Positions 36,885 to 45,278 of a DNA stretch of 64,000 nucleotides are shown here, piece after piece (position 1 is the stretch's first letter; each line of letters starts with the position of its first letter). A model generated the notes under the pieces. It saw nothing but the letters and a program-made list of their open reading frames with translations. It searched no databases and had not been told where the DNA came from. The translations under genes were made by a program, and so were the position numbers. Location: the NCBI GenBank assembly GCA_910586515.1, contig CAJUGL010000006.1, positions 23,758 to 87,757 of the forward strand, given 5' to 3'. This DNA comes from an uncultured Acetatifactor sp. Lineage in GTDB: Bacteria; Bacillota; Clostridia; Lachnospirales; Lachnospiraceae.

Positions 36885-38571
36885 CTATGAAAAAAATGAA
36901 ACAATGCTTTCACACAACAAACTCATATCATCATTCCAACCAAGTATAAATACGGGTAATTTCAGATCATTAAAGAGTCTATTTTTTATCTCTACACACT
37001 CTTCATTACCTAGCCTTATTTTATTTCCATGTACTCCTCGCCAATCATCTGGTAATGTCATTGGATACACCACCAATGCAAGGACTTTGCAGTCAGCTGC
37101 TCCCTCTAAGAATTTGATTGTATTCTGAATATATTCATTCGAATCAAAAGGATTTACACAAAGCACTACTGCATCAGGTTTTGTGCCACATAGAAAGTAA
37201 AATTGCTTACAAGGAAATGCATTTATGTGCATTTGTCCAAGAGGAATTGTATTTGCCTGTGAACCGACCATAATAATATCATACTCTTTTTCACAAAGTG
37301 AATTCATCATATTATTTAAAACACTGATTGCATCCTGATCCGTCACACTTACTGCTGAATTATACCCCATTGGATAAACCCATTCCATTCCCAATAATCT
37401 TGCATGTGGTTCTGTTCCAATACATCCAACCTGATACCCTTCCTTTTCTAATCCATATTTCATAAGCATCTGCAATGTAAACTTACCTTGTTGCGATGAT
37501 GTTCCAAAAACACCTACAACCGGTTTTGAAATATTGTATAGTTATAACAACTTCTCTAATATCACTTTTTAAAAGGCTCATCAACATATCCATATGACCA
37601 AGAATAAGTGTATCTATTTTTTGCCAATCTATTTTTTTAATATCTCTTAATGTGTAACCGTTTACTTCCTCAAGGTTCGTCAGTAAATTGTTAGTTGAAA
37701 CCCCCACTCGCCCTGAATGTATAACGTCATATATTTCCTTGATATTAAAGTTCAGTTTTGGGGCAAATCTCACTAACGAGTGCATTTCCTTATTAAAAGG
37801 AAACAATGCCACATTATTAAGCGGCAAGCTTTCATATGCACAAGGAAAACGAGATTCATTATGTTGTCTATCTTTATTAACTCTAATTGCAATTTTCTTA
37901 AAAGCTGATAACACTTCAACCCTATTATTTGCCCCATTCATCATAATATTAAATGCATATGCGGAGACATAAGCACAAGCAAAGCTATTACCACCAAATA
38001 TTGCATATTGTGGTTGATACCAAGCCACACGCTGCATTGCCCCTCTAGCCCTTATGTTAACCGCGCTATTCTCAACATACTCATAATGTGCTGACTGTGT
38101 ACATAATTCGCTTGCCTCAACCCCTATTACACTTTCTAAACATGCCGGATACGAAAGGCTTCCATCGTTAGAAAATGCAGCAATTAAAACCATACCACTA
38201 TCAACCAATTCCTCACAAACCTTTTGAATACTTAAAACTTCTGTACTAATCTTTACCCCTAGACTTAGATTGACAATCTTACACTTGATATTTTTCTTAA
38301 TGTACTGCAATATTAAAATCAACTCTTTATCTGTCAGCTCTACATCTACATTATCCCATACCTTCATGTTATAAATTGAGGCAAAAGGTGCATTTTTACT
38401 GATAATTCCATAGACTGCCGTACCATGACCGATTACATCTTGAATATTTTTGTTTTCCTGAATTTCTCCTTGCACAAAAGAAAGCGCAATACCATTTATC
38501 ATATTTTTGTTAAACGCTGGGTGTTCTAGATTTACTCCACTATCCACAATCACAATGTCTGTTGATATCAT
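36885..38571 (-). pseudogene. cytoplasmic subtilisin-like (S8) protease fused to a P-loop (DUF1611-like?) domain, interrupted by a one-nucleotide frameshift near 37525-37545
   Basis: ORF 37483..38571 carries the S8 motifs VIVDSGV (Asp), HGTAV (His), VNLSLG (Asn) and GGNSFACAY (Ser), and has no signal peptide. Reading one frame over from about 37541 gives ...NISKPVVGVFGTSSQQGKFTLQMLMKYGLEKEGYQVGCIGTEPHARLLG..., which continues into ORF 36885..37475. The two ORFs therefore form one gene of about 560 codons. Confidence 0.65.
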
Positions 38572-38622
38572 TATTTATCCCCCATATATCTGGTACAATT
38601 ACTTCACTCTTTTATCCATTTT

Positions 38623-40422
38623 TTATGTATTTGTTGTATAGTATTGCGCCTGCAAGTTATACAATTCGGTATACTTTCCACCTAATTCAAGTAATTGCTT
38701 AAAATTACCCTGTTCAACAATCTGACCATTGTCAAATACAAGAATTTCATCACAAAATTGTGTGCTTGCCAGTCTATGTGAAATATAAATAGAAGTTTTA
38801 CCTTTCACCAGATCAAAAAACTTGATATACATTTCATGTTCTGCTACAGGATCCAAGGCCGCTGTCGGTTCATCCAGCACCAATATTGGTGCATCTTTAT
38901 ACTTGGCCCTGGCAATTGCAAGCTTTTGACGTTCACCACCAGATAAATCAAGACCCTCTGGATCAAAATTACGTGACAGACTTGTTTCCACCCCATTCTT
39001 AAGTGTCTTTAGCTTATCACCAAAACCAACCTCCTGAAGAATCTCTTCCATCTTATTTATTTCATTAGGAAACTTCTCTGCTCCCAAAGAAAGATTTTCG
39101 CGAATTGAAAATGCAAATAGCTTAAAATCCTGAAATACAGTTGCAAACAATCCCATATATTCATCATAATCAATCTCTTTTATATCAACACCATTTAAGA
39201 GTATACGGCCTTCTGTGGGATCATACAATCTCATTAACAGCTTTACAAACGTACTTTTTCCTGCTCCATTTTCGCCAACTATGGCAATACTTTTTGTTGG
39301 AGTAATATTTATATTAATATTTTTTAATGCATAAGTTTCCTGTCCCGGATACTTAAAAGAAACATTTTCAAACGATATCCTTGGATTCACTTCTACCACT
39401 TCTGATAAAACTTTAGTGCCTGTCCGAAAAGTACTTTTAAGATCCATAAATTCTACAAATCTACTTAGATACTTACTTTGTGATGCAATGTCTATGATAG
39501 AAGTAGCAATCCCTTTACTTGCTGAATTAAAGGTATTTAATGCATTCAAGTACATGCTAAAGGAACCTACCGTTATTGTTCTCAATACTACAATCTGGTA
39601 TCCCAAGATTGTATAAGCAAGAAAAGTAAATAGGTTATTTGCTACAAGAATCACTAATGAACATCTTAACTCCCTCTTTTGTCGGCTTTTAAAATAGGTT
39701 AAGATAGACTGACGAAAGGTATCAATTTTTGCTCTGAAAAAATCTACCGCTGAATATGCCAAAATATCCTTTCGCTGTTCTGTATCCCACGAAAGATAAG
39801 CCATATAGCCAATACGTCTTAAATAAGGTTGTACATCCTCCATATATTGTCTTTGTCTTTTTCTATTTTGAGATGACACAACGCTATGAACAACTAAAAC
39901 TATTAAAGATACCCAAATTAAAATTGCATTGGTGGTGATTACAATCGCTATCACCCCAACGAAGATCATCATATTTGAAAACAGTCCCTTAACGTTCTCC
40001 AGCAATGATACAAGATTATTACTATTACAGACTCTAGCAGCGTAATCAGCCATATCTCGAGTCTTTGGATCATCCCAGACAAAATAATCCATCTCCATAC
40101 ACTTCTTGTCAATTTCCGAATTTATAGTAAATTCCATTCTCTGTTTTAAAAAAACTAAATGCTTGGATAGGATCATTTCTATAATAGCAATAAACATTGA
40201 TATTATAATCATTGCAACGGAAAGGTAAAGCACATACTGGTAACTTTTCCCATTCATAAATCCATCGATGATATACTTAGGGAAAATTATCATTGGAAAG
40301 GACCCTAATGCACTAAATATAGAGTCAACAATCATAAAAAACAAAAGTGATTTATCATACTTTAGTATTAACTTAAATAATGTACGTATCTGCCGAAAGT
40401 CAAACGTTTTAGTCTTAAACAT
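38623..40422 (-). CDS. ABC exporter, fused permease/ATPase
   Basis: 599 aa with strong RBS GGGAGGA. It has a 6-TM N-domain, Walker A GENGAGKST, signature LSGGERQK and Walker B ILVLDEPTAALD. There is no N-terminal C39 peptidase domain. Confidence 0.85.
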   Translation of the reverse strand: MFKTKTFDFRQIRTLFKLILKYDKSLLFFMIVDSIFSALGSFPMIIFPKYIIDGFMNGKSYQYVLYLSVAMIIISMFIAIIEMILSKHLVFLKQRMEFTINSEIDKKCMEMDYFVWDDPKTRDMADYAARVCNSNNLVSLLENVKGLFSNMMIFVGVIAIVITTNAILIWVSLIVLVVHSVVSSQNRKRQRQYMEDVQPYLRRIGYMAYLSWDTEQRKDILAYSAVDFFRAKIDTFRQSILTYFKSRQKRELRCSLVILVANNLFTFLAYTILGYQIVVLRTITVGSFSMYLNALNTFNSASKGIATSIIDIASQSKYLSRFVEFMDLKSTFRTGTKVLSEVVEVNPRISFENVSFKYPGQETYALKNININITPTKSIAIVGENGAGKSTFVKLLMRLYDPTEGRILLNGVDIKEIDYDEYMGLFATVFQDFKLFAFSIRENLSLGAEKFPNEINKMEEILQEVGFGDKLKTLKNGVETSLSRNFDPEGLDLSGGERQKLAIARAKYKDAPILVLDEPTAALDPVAEHEMYIKFFDLVKGKTSIYISHRLASTQFCDEILVFDNGQIVEQGNFKQLLELGGKYTELYNLQAQYYTTNT

Positions 40423-40434
40423 ATATTATCCTCC

Positions 40435-40759
40435 CTAATATTGAGAACAGAATACAAAGTCGTCCACATAGACTACTAGCCCTCCATACCCCTTTAGCCT
40501 TGGCTGTATGCATTCCCTGAACCACCATACCAGTACATGGATATAATATAGCCTCACATTATGTCCACTGCATCGTCTCCGTGGGCCGCCTTTCCTCGGA
40601 CGGAAGACTGAGGACCTACGGCAATGGCTTTATTTGGGCAACGCTATCGAATATCTGGGGCGTTAGGCAAACTGTATTGCCATCACCAACTTCAGGATAA
40701 AGTCTTTTGATGAGGATTCCGTCACCTTTGTGGCGAAAGACGTGTCTTGGTATAATCAT
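40435..40759 (-). pseudogene. relic of a group II intron-type reverse transcriptase gene (motifs ~3-5 only, frameshifted and truncated)
   Basis: This higher-G+C patch lies between AT-rich genes. The minus-strand frames read ...GDGILIKRLYPEVGDGNT..., ...VGPQSSV... and ...LYYIHVLVWWFRECIQPRLKGYGGLVVYVDDFVFCSQY*. Bacterial intron RTs, as I recall them, read ..GTPQG..ANLYLHYVLDLWF....PRLKG...LVRYADDFV..FQY. The YVDD codons are rc of 40459-40470. Confidence 0.5.
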
Positions 40760-40770
40760 GAAAAATCACA

Positions 40771-40825
40771 TTCAGGGCAGCTTTATCTTTTGTAGAAAGC
40801 TACCCTTTCTTTCTGCCCTGAATAT
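40771..40825 (-). terminator. intrinsic terminator after the transglutaminase-like gene
   Basis: The minus strand reads TTCAGGGCAG (structured 35-nt loop) CTGCCCTGAA followed by TGTGATTTTTC. Confidence 0.6.
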
Positions 40826-40839
40826 GATACTTCACTTAC

Positions 40840-41688
40840 TCAATCGGGTAACTTCCAAAATTCTAAAGGATTAGATATAAATATTTCCACCTGTTTTGTG
40901 TTGGTTTCATTGTAATATCTAACAATTTTACTAGTAGCAGATAAATAATTACATGGCACTAAGTTGACTGCATTGACGATACGATTTTGGGCAAGATTAT
41001 CTTTATATGAGTTCTCAAAGCAACGAAAACGATAGACATGCTTTGACATATATATAAGTACTCTCTGGGCAAAAAAATGCTGCTCTCTACTAGAAATAGT
41101 ATCCCTTATTCCGTCTACTCGTGATACATTGATTGATTTTTGAAACACGAAATAATCGCGGAGTTCCTGCAGATTCAAAATCATTCCCGCATCATCCTGA
41201 AAATATACACCATGAGCCGCATCAAATAAAAGCCACTTATTACATTCCTCAGAATATACAATATTAACCACATGGCTTCCATATGGATGAAAGTCAATCG
41301 GTAAACAAAATATGATTCTACTCAAGTATCCAAGTGCCCTAAAAACTTCATTTAATACACAAGCATATGTATAACAGCTAGCCCCATACTTTCCCCCACT
41401 GATATCAGCAATCATATCTGTAACTCTACTTTGCGATTCCAAAGGTAGTAAATCATTAGATAAAATCTGTGCAACCCACCTGGTTGCATTAACAAATGTC
41501 TCAACTTCTGTTTTTCCACGTAAATTCTCGATACCATACTGTATTCGCAATGCATCTATCTCATTTGACGAATATGAATAATCAAACTTAATATTATGTT
41601 CTTCATACGCGTACCCAGATACTCTAAGGAAATCCACATATACGTCTTTAGTTGCAAAGTCTGTAAGACCAAATTCAATATTTCTCAT
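40840..41688 (-). CDS. transglutaminase-like (papain-fold) domain protein, cytoplasmic
   Basis: 282 aa. It has the Cys...His...Asp arrangement GASCYTYACVLNEVFRALGYLSRII....YGSHVVNIVYSEECNKWLLFDAAHG, typical of the transglutaminase-like superfamily. There is no signal peptide. Confidence 0.65.
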   Translation of the reverse strand: MRNIEFGLTDFATKDVYVDFLRVSGYAYEEHNIKFDYSYSSNEIDALRIQYGIENLRGKTEVETFVNATRWVAQILSNDLLPLESQSRVTDMIADISGGKYGASCYTYACVLNEVFRALGYLSRIIFCLPIDFHPYGSHVVNIVYSEECNKWLLFDAAHGVYFQDDAGMILNLQELRDYFVFQKSINVSRVDGIRDTISSREQHFFAQRVLIYMSKHVYRFRCFENSYKDNLAQNRIVNAVNLVPCNYLSATSKIVRYYNETNTKQVEIFISNPLEFWKLPD

Positions 41689-42154
41689 TACTTCCCCTAC
41701 AAATTTTTCTACTTCCGTTCATCCAAAAACCAGCCTTTTGACTACTGCTTCATATGCAGTTCATTCAATCCGTGTCTGCTTGATAATAGCAGGTGATTCA
41801 TCACCACGGAAGTACCCATTCAACAGAATATGACTTACTTAAAGGATTATCATTTGAAAAAATGCCTCGCGGGAAACAGCGTGGCAAGTTCTTTTTTGGT
41901 TCCAAAATAGCAGCGTTGAACTTCTGGAAACTCTTCAATTATATGAAACGTCGGGGAAACTACGCCCAAAAACCGGTACATGCATAAAAGAAGGCCGGAA
42001 ACCCCAGGCGAACATCCCCAAATGTCTGGCGATGTACTACAAAATATAAGTTTTTCAAGATACCATAGGAATAGGGGCTAAATATATTTATGGTTTTGAC
42101 CCCGACATCATTACATATCTACAGCATTATATTAACTCAATTACCCAAAGCGAA

Positions 42155-42199
42155 CAATATGACAAATTAGTTTATTTTTTCAACTAATTTGTCATATTG
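42155..42199. promoter_or_regulatory. perfect 18-bp inverted repeat (candidate operator and/or bidirectional terminator)
   Basis: CAATATGACAAATTAGTT (42155-42172), a 9-nt loop, then AACTAATTTGTCATATTG (42182-42199). The right arm overlaps the predicted -35 of the small secreted-peptide gene. Confidence 0.55.
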
Positions 42200-42225
42200 C
42201 GTTCTGTCCAAGAATATCCTACAAT
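42197..42225 (+). promoter_or_regulatory. candidate promoter of the small secreted-protein gene
   Basis: TTGCGT (42197-42202), a 17-nt spacer, then TACAAT (42220-42225). It lies about 40 nt upstream of RBS AAAGGAG (42253-42259). Confidence 0.45.
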
Positions 42226-42266
42226 AATATGGAATCTTTAGAAAATATATAGAAAGGAGCTAGTTT

Positions 42267-42494
42267 ATGAAACATAATAAACAGCGCTTCAAAGCATCAG
42301 TATCCCTATTGGCGCTGCTGCTTACATTATCAACAGGAACAATATTTCACGGCCCGGAAACAGAAGATATGAGAACCGCATCTCCGACTCCGAGCCTTCT
42401 TGCTGCCCAAGAAACCAAGCCCGCAGCGATTTCAGAATGTACTCAAACGCTAACGGATTTAGATGGTGATAAAACGAAAATAACAGAGAATTGA
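42267..42494 (+). CDS. small secreted protein (75 aa) with a Sec-type signal peptide; candidate signalling pro-peptide
   Basis: Strong RBS AAAGGAG 7 nt before the ATG. The signal peptide has a basic n-region MKHNKQRFK and an h-region ASVSLLALLLTLSTGTIF, with no lipobox Cys. The hydrophilic remainder ends ...TLTDLDGDKTKITEN. Confidence 0.6.
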   Translation: MKHNKQRFKASVSLLALLLTLSTGTIFHGPETEDMRTASPTPSLLAAQETKPAAISECTQTLTDLDGDKTKITEN

Positions 42495-42502
42495 CGGTTA
42501 GA

Positions 42503-44413
42503 TTATTGTAAATATTTTTCTCTCCGTTTTTCTAAAAAACCTTTCAGGGCAGAATCATACATAAACCCGGCCATTGATTCGCTTATTCGAAAGGCTTTTT
42601 CCCAAACCTGCCGGAAGGATGCGTATTCTTCCGGCTTTTCAGCAGCAATTTCGTAAGCGTTCCACGCAATATGGTAAAACAGATCTTCAATACTGCTGAT
42701 TCTGAAAAGCAAAAGTGATTTCAATATCATACTTTCACCATACTTTACAGTATTGTCAATGCAGCGGATATCGCCCAGGTAGTTATCATAATTTTTATAC
42801 GCAATATCAAAGCCATAATGAAAGATGCCTGTCCTGAAGCTGTTTTGTTCAATGGAAAAAAGCACCGCCTCGTACCACCTCTTCGCCTCTTCAAGATGGC
42901 CAAGCCTGCGATATAAGCTGCCTATATTGCTTGCAATCATAATTTCCTCCCGCTGAAAAACCCACCACTTCATATCCCGGTCCTCAAAGTCAGGCACCGT
43001 ACAGCGCATCGCTTCCAGCAGCATTTCCAGGCATTCCCGCAGATCGCTCCCCTTAATTTCCTTCAAAATAGCCTCAAAGAACAGAAGTTCCTGCCTCACC
43101 CTGCGAGACGCCGGATTTACTGAACGCCGGAATTTCTCAAACTCCCATTCCGCCTGTTCCCACTTCCTATATTCCATCAATGTACTGATCAGCTGCCGCT
43201 GCTCCAGAACCTCCAGAGAGTCCGTTTCCAGCAGAGGCATATTCCATCCTCCGAATTTGCCGTATTGCTTCGCCAGCCTTCCGTAATTTTGGTAGGATGG
43301 TTTGTGAAGCCCCTTTTCTATTCTTTCCAGCTGTCTGGGCGTGATTACAAGCTCATCGCCGTCAAAGACAGCGTTCTCTCTGGATTTTCCGTAAAATGTC
43401 CGAAGCATTTTCAGCGTCATTCCGGCATCCCTGGTATTATCCACAGAGATTCCCTGCCATATGCGATACCCGGGATAGTTAAACCAGGCATAAATATCCC
43501 GGAACATTTTCCGGAAATCCTTCAGCTGTTCCGGATATTCCGGTTCATCAAAAAGAACAGCGTCAAATTCGAGCAGGCAGTCCAGCAGCGGCAGTACATA
43601 GCAATGGCAGCTATTCCTGCGCAGCAGCTCCAGAGTCTCCCGCCCTCTTGCAGCCATTCTTCCCATGGTGATATCCGGGATGAAAGCAGCGTCAAAAAAT
43701 CCGTCCGATGCGGATGCCATCCGTATTCCCAGGATTACTGCCTGGGGCAGTGTCATTGCCGTCACACGCTCTCTCCAGCCGTGCTGCCCGGGATAATCCC
43801 ACACTGCCTGCCACAGCTGCCCGGCCTCCTCCTTACGGCCATTTATAAACAAAGCTGCGCTTGCCAACAGGACAGCATCCAGCTCCCCCGGAGAAAGACA
43901 GAATGACTCCAGGCCTTGTGTCCAACCGTCCGGGACAGTACAGTTCACCGCTTCCACGGCAGTATCCAGGATAACCGCAGAAGCTTCTCTGCCCCCTGTC
44001 CTTTGCCCGATCAGCATTAAAATAACCTCCGCTTTCAGCAGAAACTGTTCTTCCAAAGGTTCCCGTTTTTTGTACTTTTTCCTGTAGTTATGGATTGCAG
44101 CGGCCGCTTCCTCAGGCTGTTCGGGCACAAGCAGGCAGATATCCTCCCGGCTCCGCCAGCGTTCCAGATCTTCCCCGGAAGCCAGAGATTCGAAATATTC
44201 CGGAGGGATCCCCATCCGCAGCATCAGGGTATCTCCCTCCATCTTTGTCCACTGTACAGTTCCCTTTTCCACCCTATCCAGCATGGTCCGGCTCATTATG
44301 CCCGAAGATAATTTTTCCAGGGTCAGCTTTCGCTTTTTTCTTTCAGCGCCAAGGATTTTGCCGTATACCTTATTGTATTCCTGTATAAATTCCTGTTCGT
44401 TGATTGTTCTCAT
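42503..44413 (-). CDS. XRE-type HTH transcriptional regulator with a long TPR-like C-terminal domain (RRNPP-like architecture)
   Basis: 636 aa. The N-terminal HTH is KLTLEKLSSGIMSRTMLDRVEKG. The remainder is all-helical and repeat-like (e.g. IGSLYRRLGHLEEAKRWYEAVLF). Its stop is 8 nt from the stop of the convergent small gene. Confidence 0.7.
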   Translation of the reverse strand: MRTINEQEFIQEYNKVYGKILGAERKKRKLTLEKLSSGIMSRTMLDRVEKGTVQWTKMEGDTLMLRMGIPPEYFESLASGEDLERWRSREDICLLVPEQPEEAAAAIHNYRKKYKKREPLEEQFLLKAEVILMLIGQRTGGREASAVILDTAVEAVNCTVPDGWTQGLESFCLSPGELDAVLLASAALFINGRKEEAGQLWQAVWDYPGQHGWRERVTAMTLPQAVILGIRMASASDGFFDAAFIPDITMGRMAARGRETLELLRRNSCHCYVLPLLDCLLEFDAVLFDEPEYPEQLKDFRKMFRDIYAWFNYPGYRIWQGISVDNTRDAGMTLKMLRTFYGKSRENAVFDGDELVITPRQLERIEKGLHKPSYQNYGRLAKQYGKFGGWNMPLLETDSLEVLEQRQLISTLMEYRKWEQAEWEFEKFRRSVNPASRRVRQELLFFEAILKEIKGSDLRECLEMLLEAMRCTVPDFEDRDMKWWVFQREEIMIASNIGSLYRRLGHLEEAKRWYEAVLFSIEQNSFRTGIFHYGFDIAYKNYDNYLGDIRCIDNTVKYGESMILKSLLLFRISSIEDLFYHIAWNAYEIAAEKPEEYASFRQVWEKAFRISESMAGFMYDSALKGFLEKRREKYLQ

Positions 44414-44445
44414 TTCCCTGCCCTTATCCCTCAGTTCTGCAGATG

Positions 44446-44955
44446 CTATGTCAAAGATATCCTCCCTGCCTTCCTCTCATACCTGCAAAAGGTATAGGCA
44501 ATGTCAAAATACGTCTGCTCATCACTGTCCGCCGTCATTTTCCAGCAGGGATCCCTGTCCAGATCAGGGAAAAAGGCATCCGCCTCATAGTTTTGGTCAA
44601 TTCTGGTGACATGGGCGGTATCACACCAGGGCAAAAGCTGACGATAAATACTTTCTCCTCCGATACAGTAGATATCTGCCGAGGGATAAGGTTTCAGTAC
44701 CCTCTTCAATTCTTCCAGGGAATGAACCGTCTCAGCCCCCTTTACACCAAAGGACGTATCCCTGGACAGAACAATATTCACTCTTCCCCTCAGAGGCATT
44801 CCCTGAGGAAAAGTCTGCAGCGTTTTCCGCCCGTAAACCACGACTTTTCCCATGGTCTCCTCCCGGAAAAACTTATGATCGTTGGGAATAGTGACCAGCA
44901 GTCTGCCTTTCCGGCCAATCCCCCAGTTCCTGTCCGCAGCCACAATCAAATTCAT
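44446..44955 (-). CDS. folA: dihydrofolate reductase
   Basis: 169 aa with RBS GGGGAGGGA. MNLIVAADRNWGIGRKGRLL...FFREETMGKVVVYGRKT...RVNIVLSR...IYCIGGESIY are canonical DHFR motifs. Confidence 0.9.
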   Translation of the reverse strand: MNLIVAADRNWGIGRKGRLLVTIPNDHKFFREETMGKVVVYGRKTLQTFPQGMPLRGRVNIVLSRDTSFGVKGAETVHSLEELKRVLKPYPSADIYCIGGESIYRQLLPWCDTAHVTRIDQNYEADAFFPDLDRDPCWKMTADSDEQTYFDIAYTFCRYERKAGRISLT

Positions 44956-44968
44956 TTTATTCCCTCCC

Positions 44969-45008
44969 CTTTTTCAACCGCTCCGGCGCTTTTCCCCGCT
45001 CTTGCCAT
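44969..45008. repeat. ~40-bp direct repeat, copy 1 (duplicate of the acyltransferase gene 3' end)
   Basis: CTTTTTCAACCGCTCCGGCGCTTTTCCCCGCTCTTGCCAT here compares with CTTTTTTCAACTTCTCCGGCGCTTTTCCCCGCTCTTGCCAT at about 45467-45506. Confidence 0.9.
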
Positions 45009-45091
45009 CTGAGAACAGTCTATACTATCGGTTTCTTTTGGTCAAATAAAAACTTCTTGCGTCCGTTCCCGGGATGTGCTATATTAGACAT

Positions 45092-45200
45092 AGGGAAAAG
45101 CCATAGAAGCGGCTCTACCCCCAATAAGCAAGACTCCCCAGCCAGAAGCCGGGTCAGCCGTCACTATCGTCAGTAGTGGCGGCTATTTCCTTTTTCCCCG
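45092..45200 (+). ncRNA. candidate antisense (antitoxin) sRNA of a type I TA module
   Basis: The plus-strand promoter is TTGCGT (45057-45062), 17 nt, TATATT (45080-45085). The predicted transcript ends at the hairpin GCCGTCACTA-tcgtcag-TAGTGGCGGC followed by TATTTCCTTTTT. It overlaps the stop codon and 3' UTR of the toxin gene. Confidence 0.5.
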
Positions 45201-45278
45201 AAAGATTGTATAGCACAAACCTATCAGGGCAACAATGAATATTCCAATCTGAACCAAATCAGAGTATGTAACACACAT
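45183..45278 (-). CDS. 31-aa hydrophobic peptide, putative holin-like type I toxin (Hol-Tox family-like)
   Basis: ATG at 45276-45278 with strong RBS AAAGGAGGG. MCVTYSDLVQIGIFIVALIGLCYTIFRGKRK has one TM helix and a basic tail. The minus-strand promoter is TTGCCG-17-TATATT (rc 45377-45405). A GGAGGG/CCCTCC hairpin lies in the leader (45305-45325). The 80-aa ORF in the track is an upstream extension. Confidence 0.65.
   Translation of the reverse strand: MCVTYSDLVQIGIFIVALIGLCYTIFRGKRK

Noticed and set aside
40616-40759. 47-aa ORF MIIPRHVFRHKGDGILIKRL... directly after the terminator, as a possible peptide gene
   Set aside because: It has no RBS because it starts inside the terminator U-tract. 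Its sequence is better explained as part of the reverse-transcriptase relic.
41596-41796. 66-aa Cys-rich plus-strand ORF (…CKVCKTKF…CFICSSFNPC…)
   Set aside because: It overlaps the start of the transglutaminase-like gene in antisense, has no RBS, and is a low-complexity AT-rich translation.
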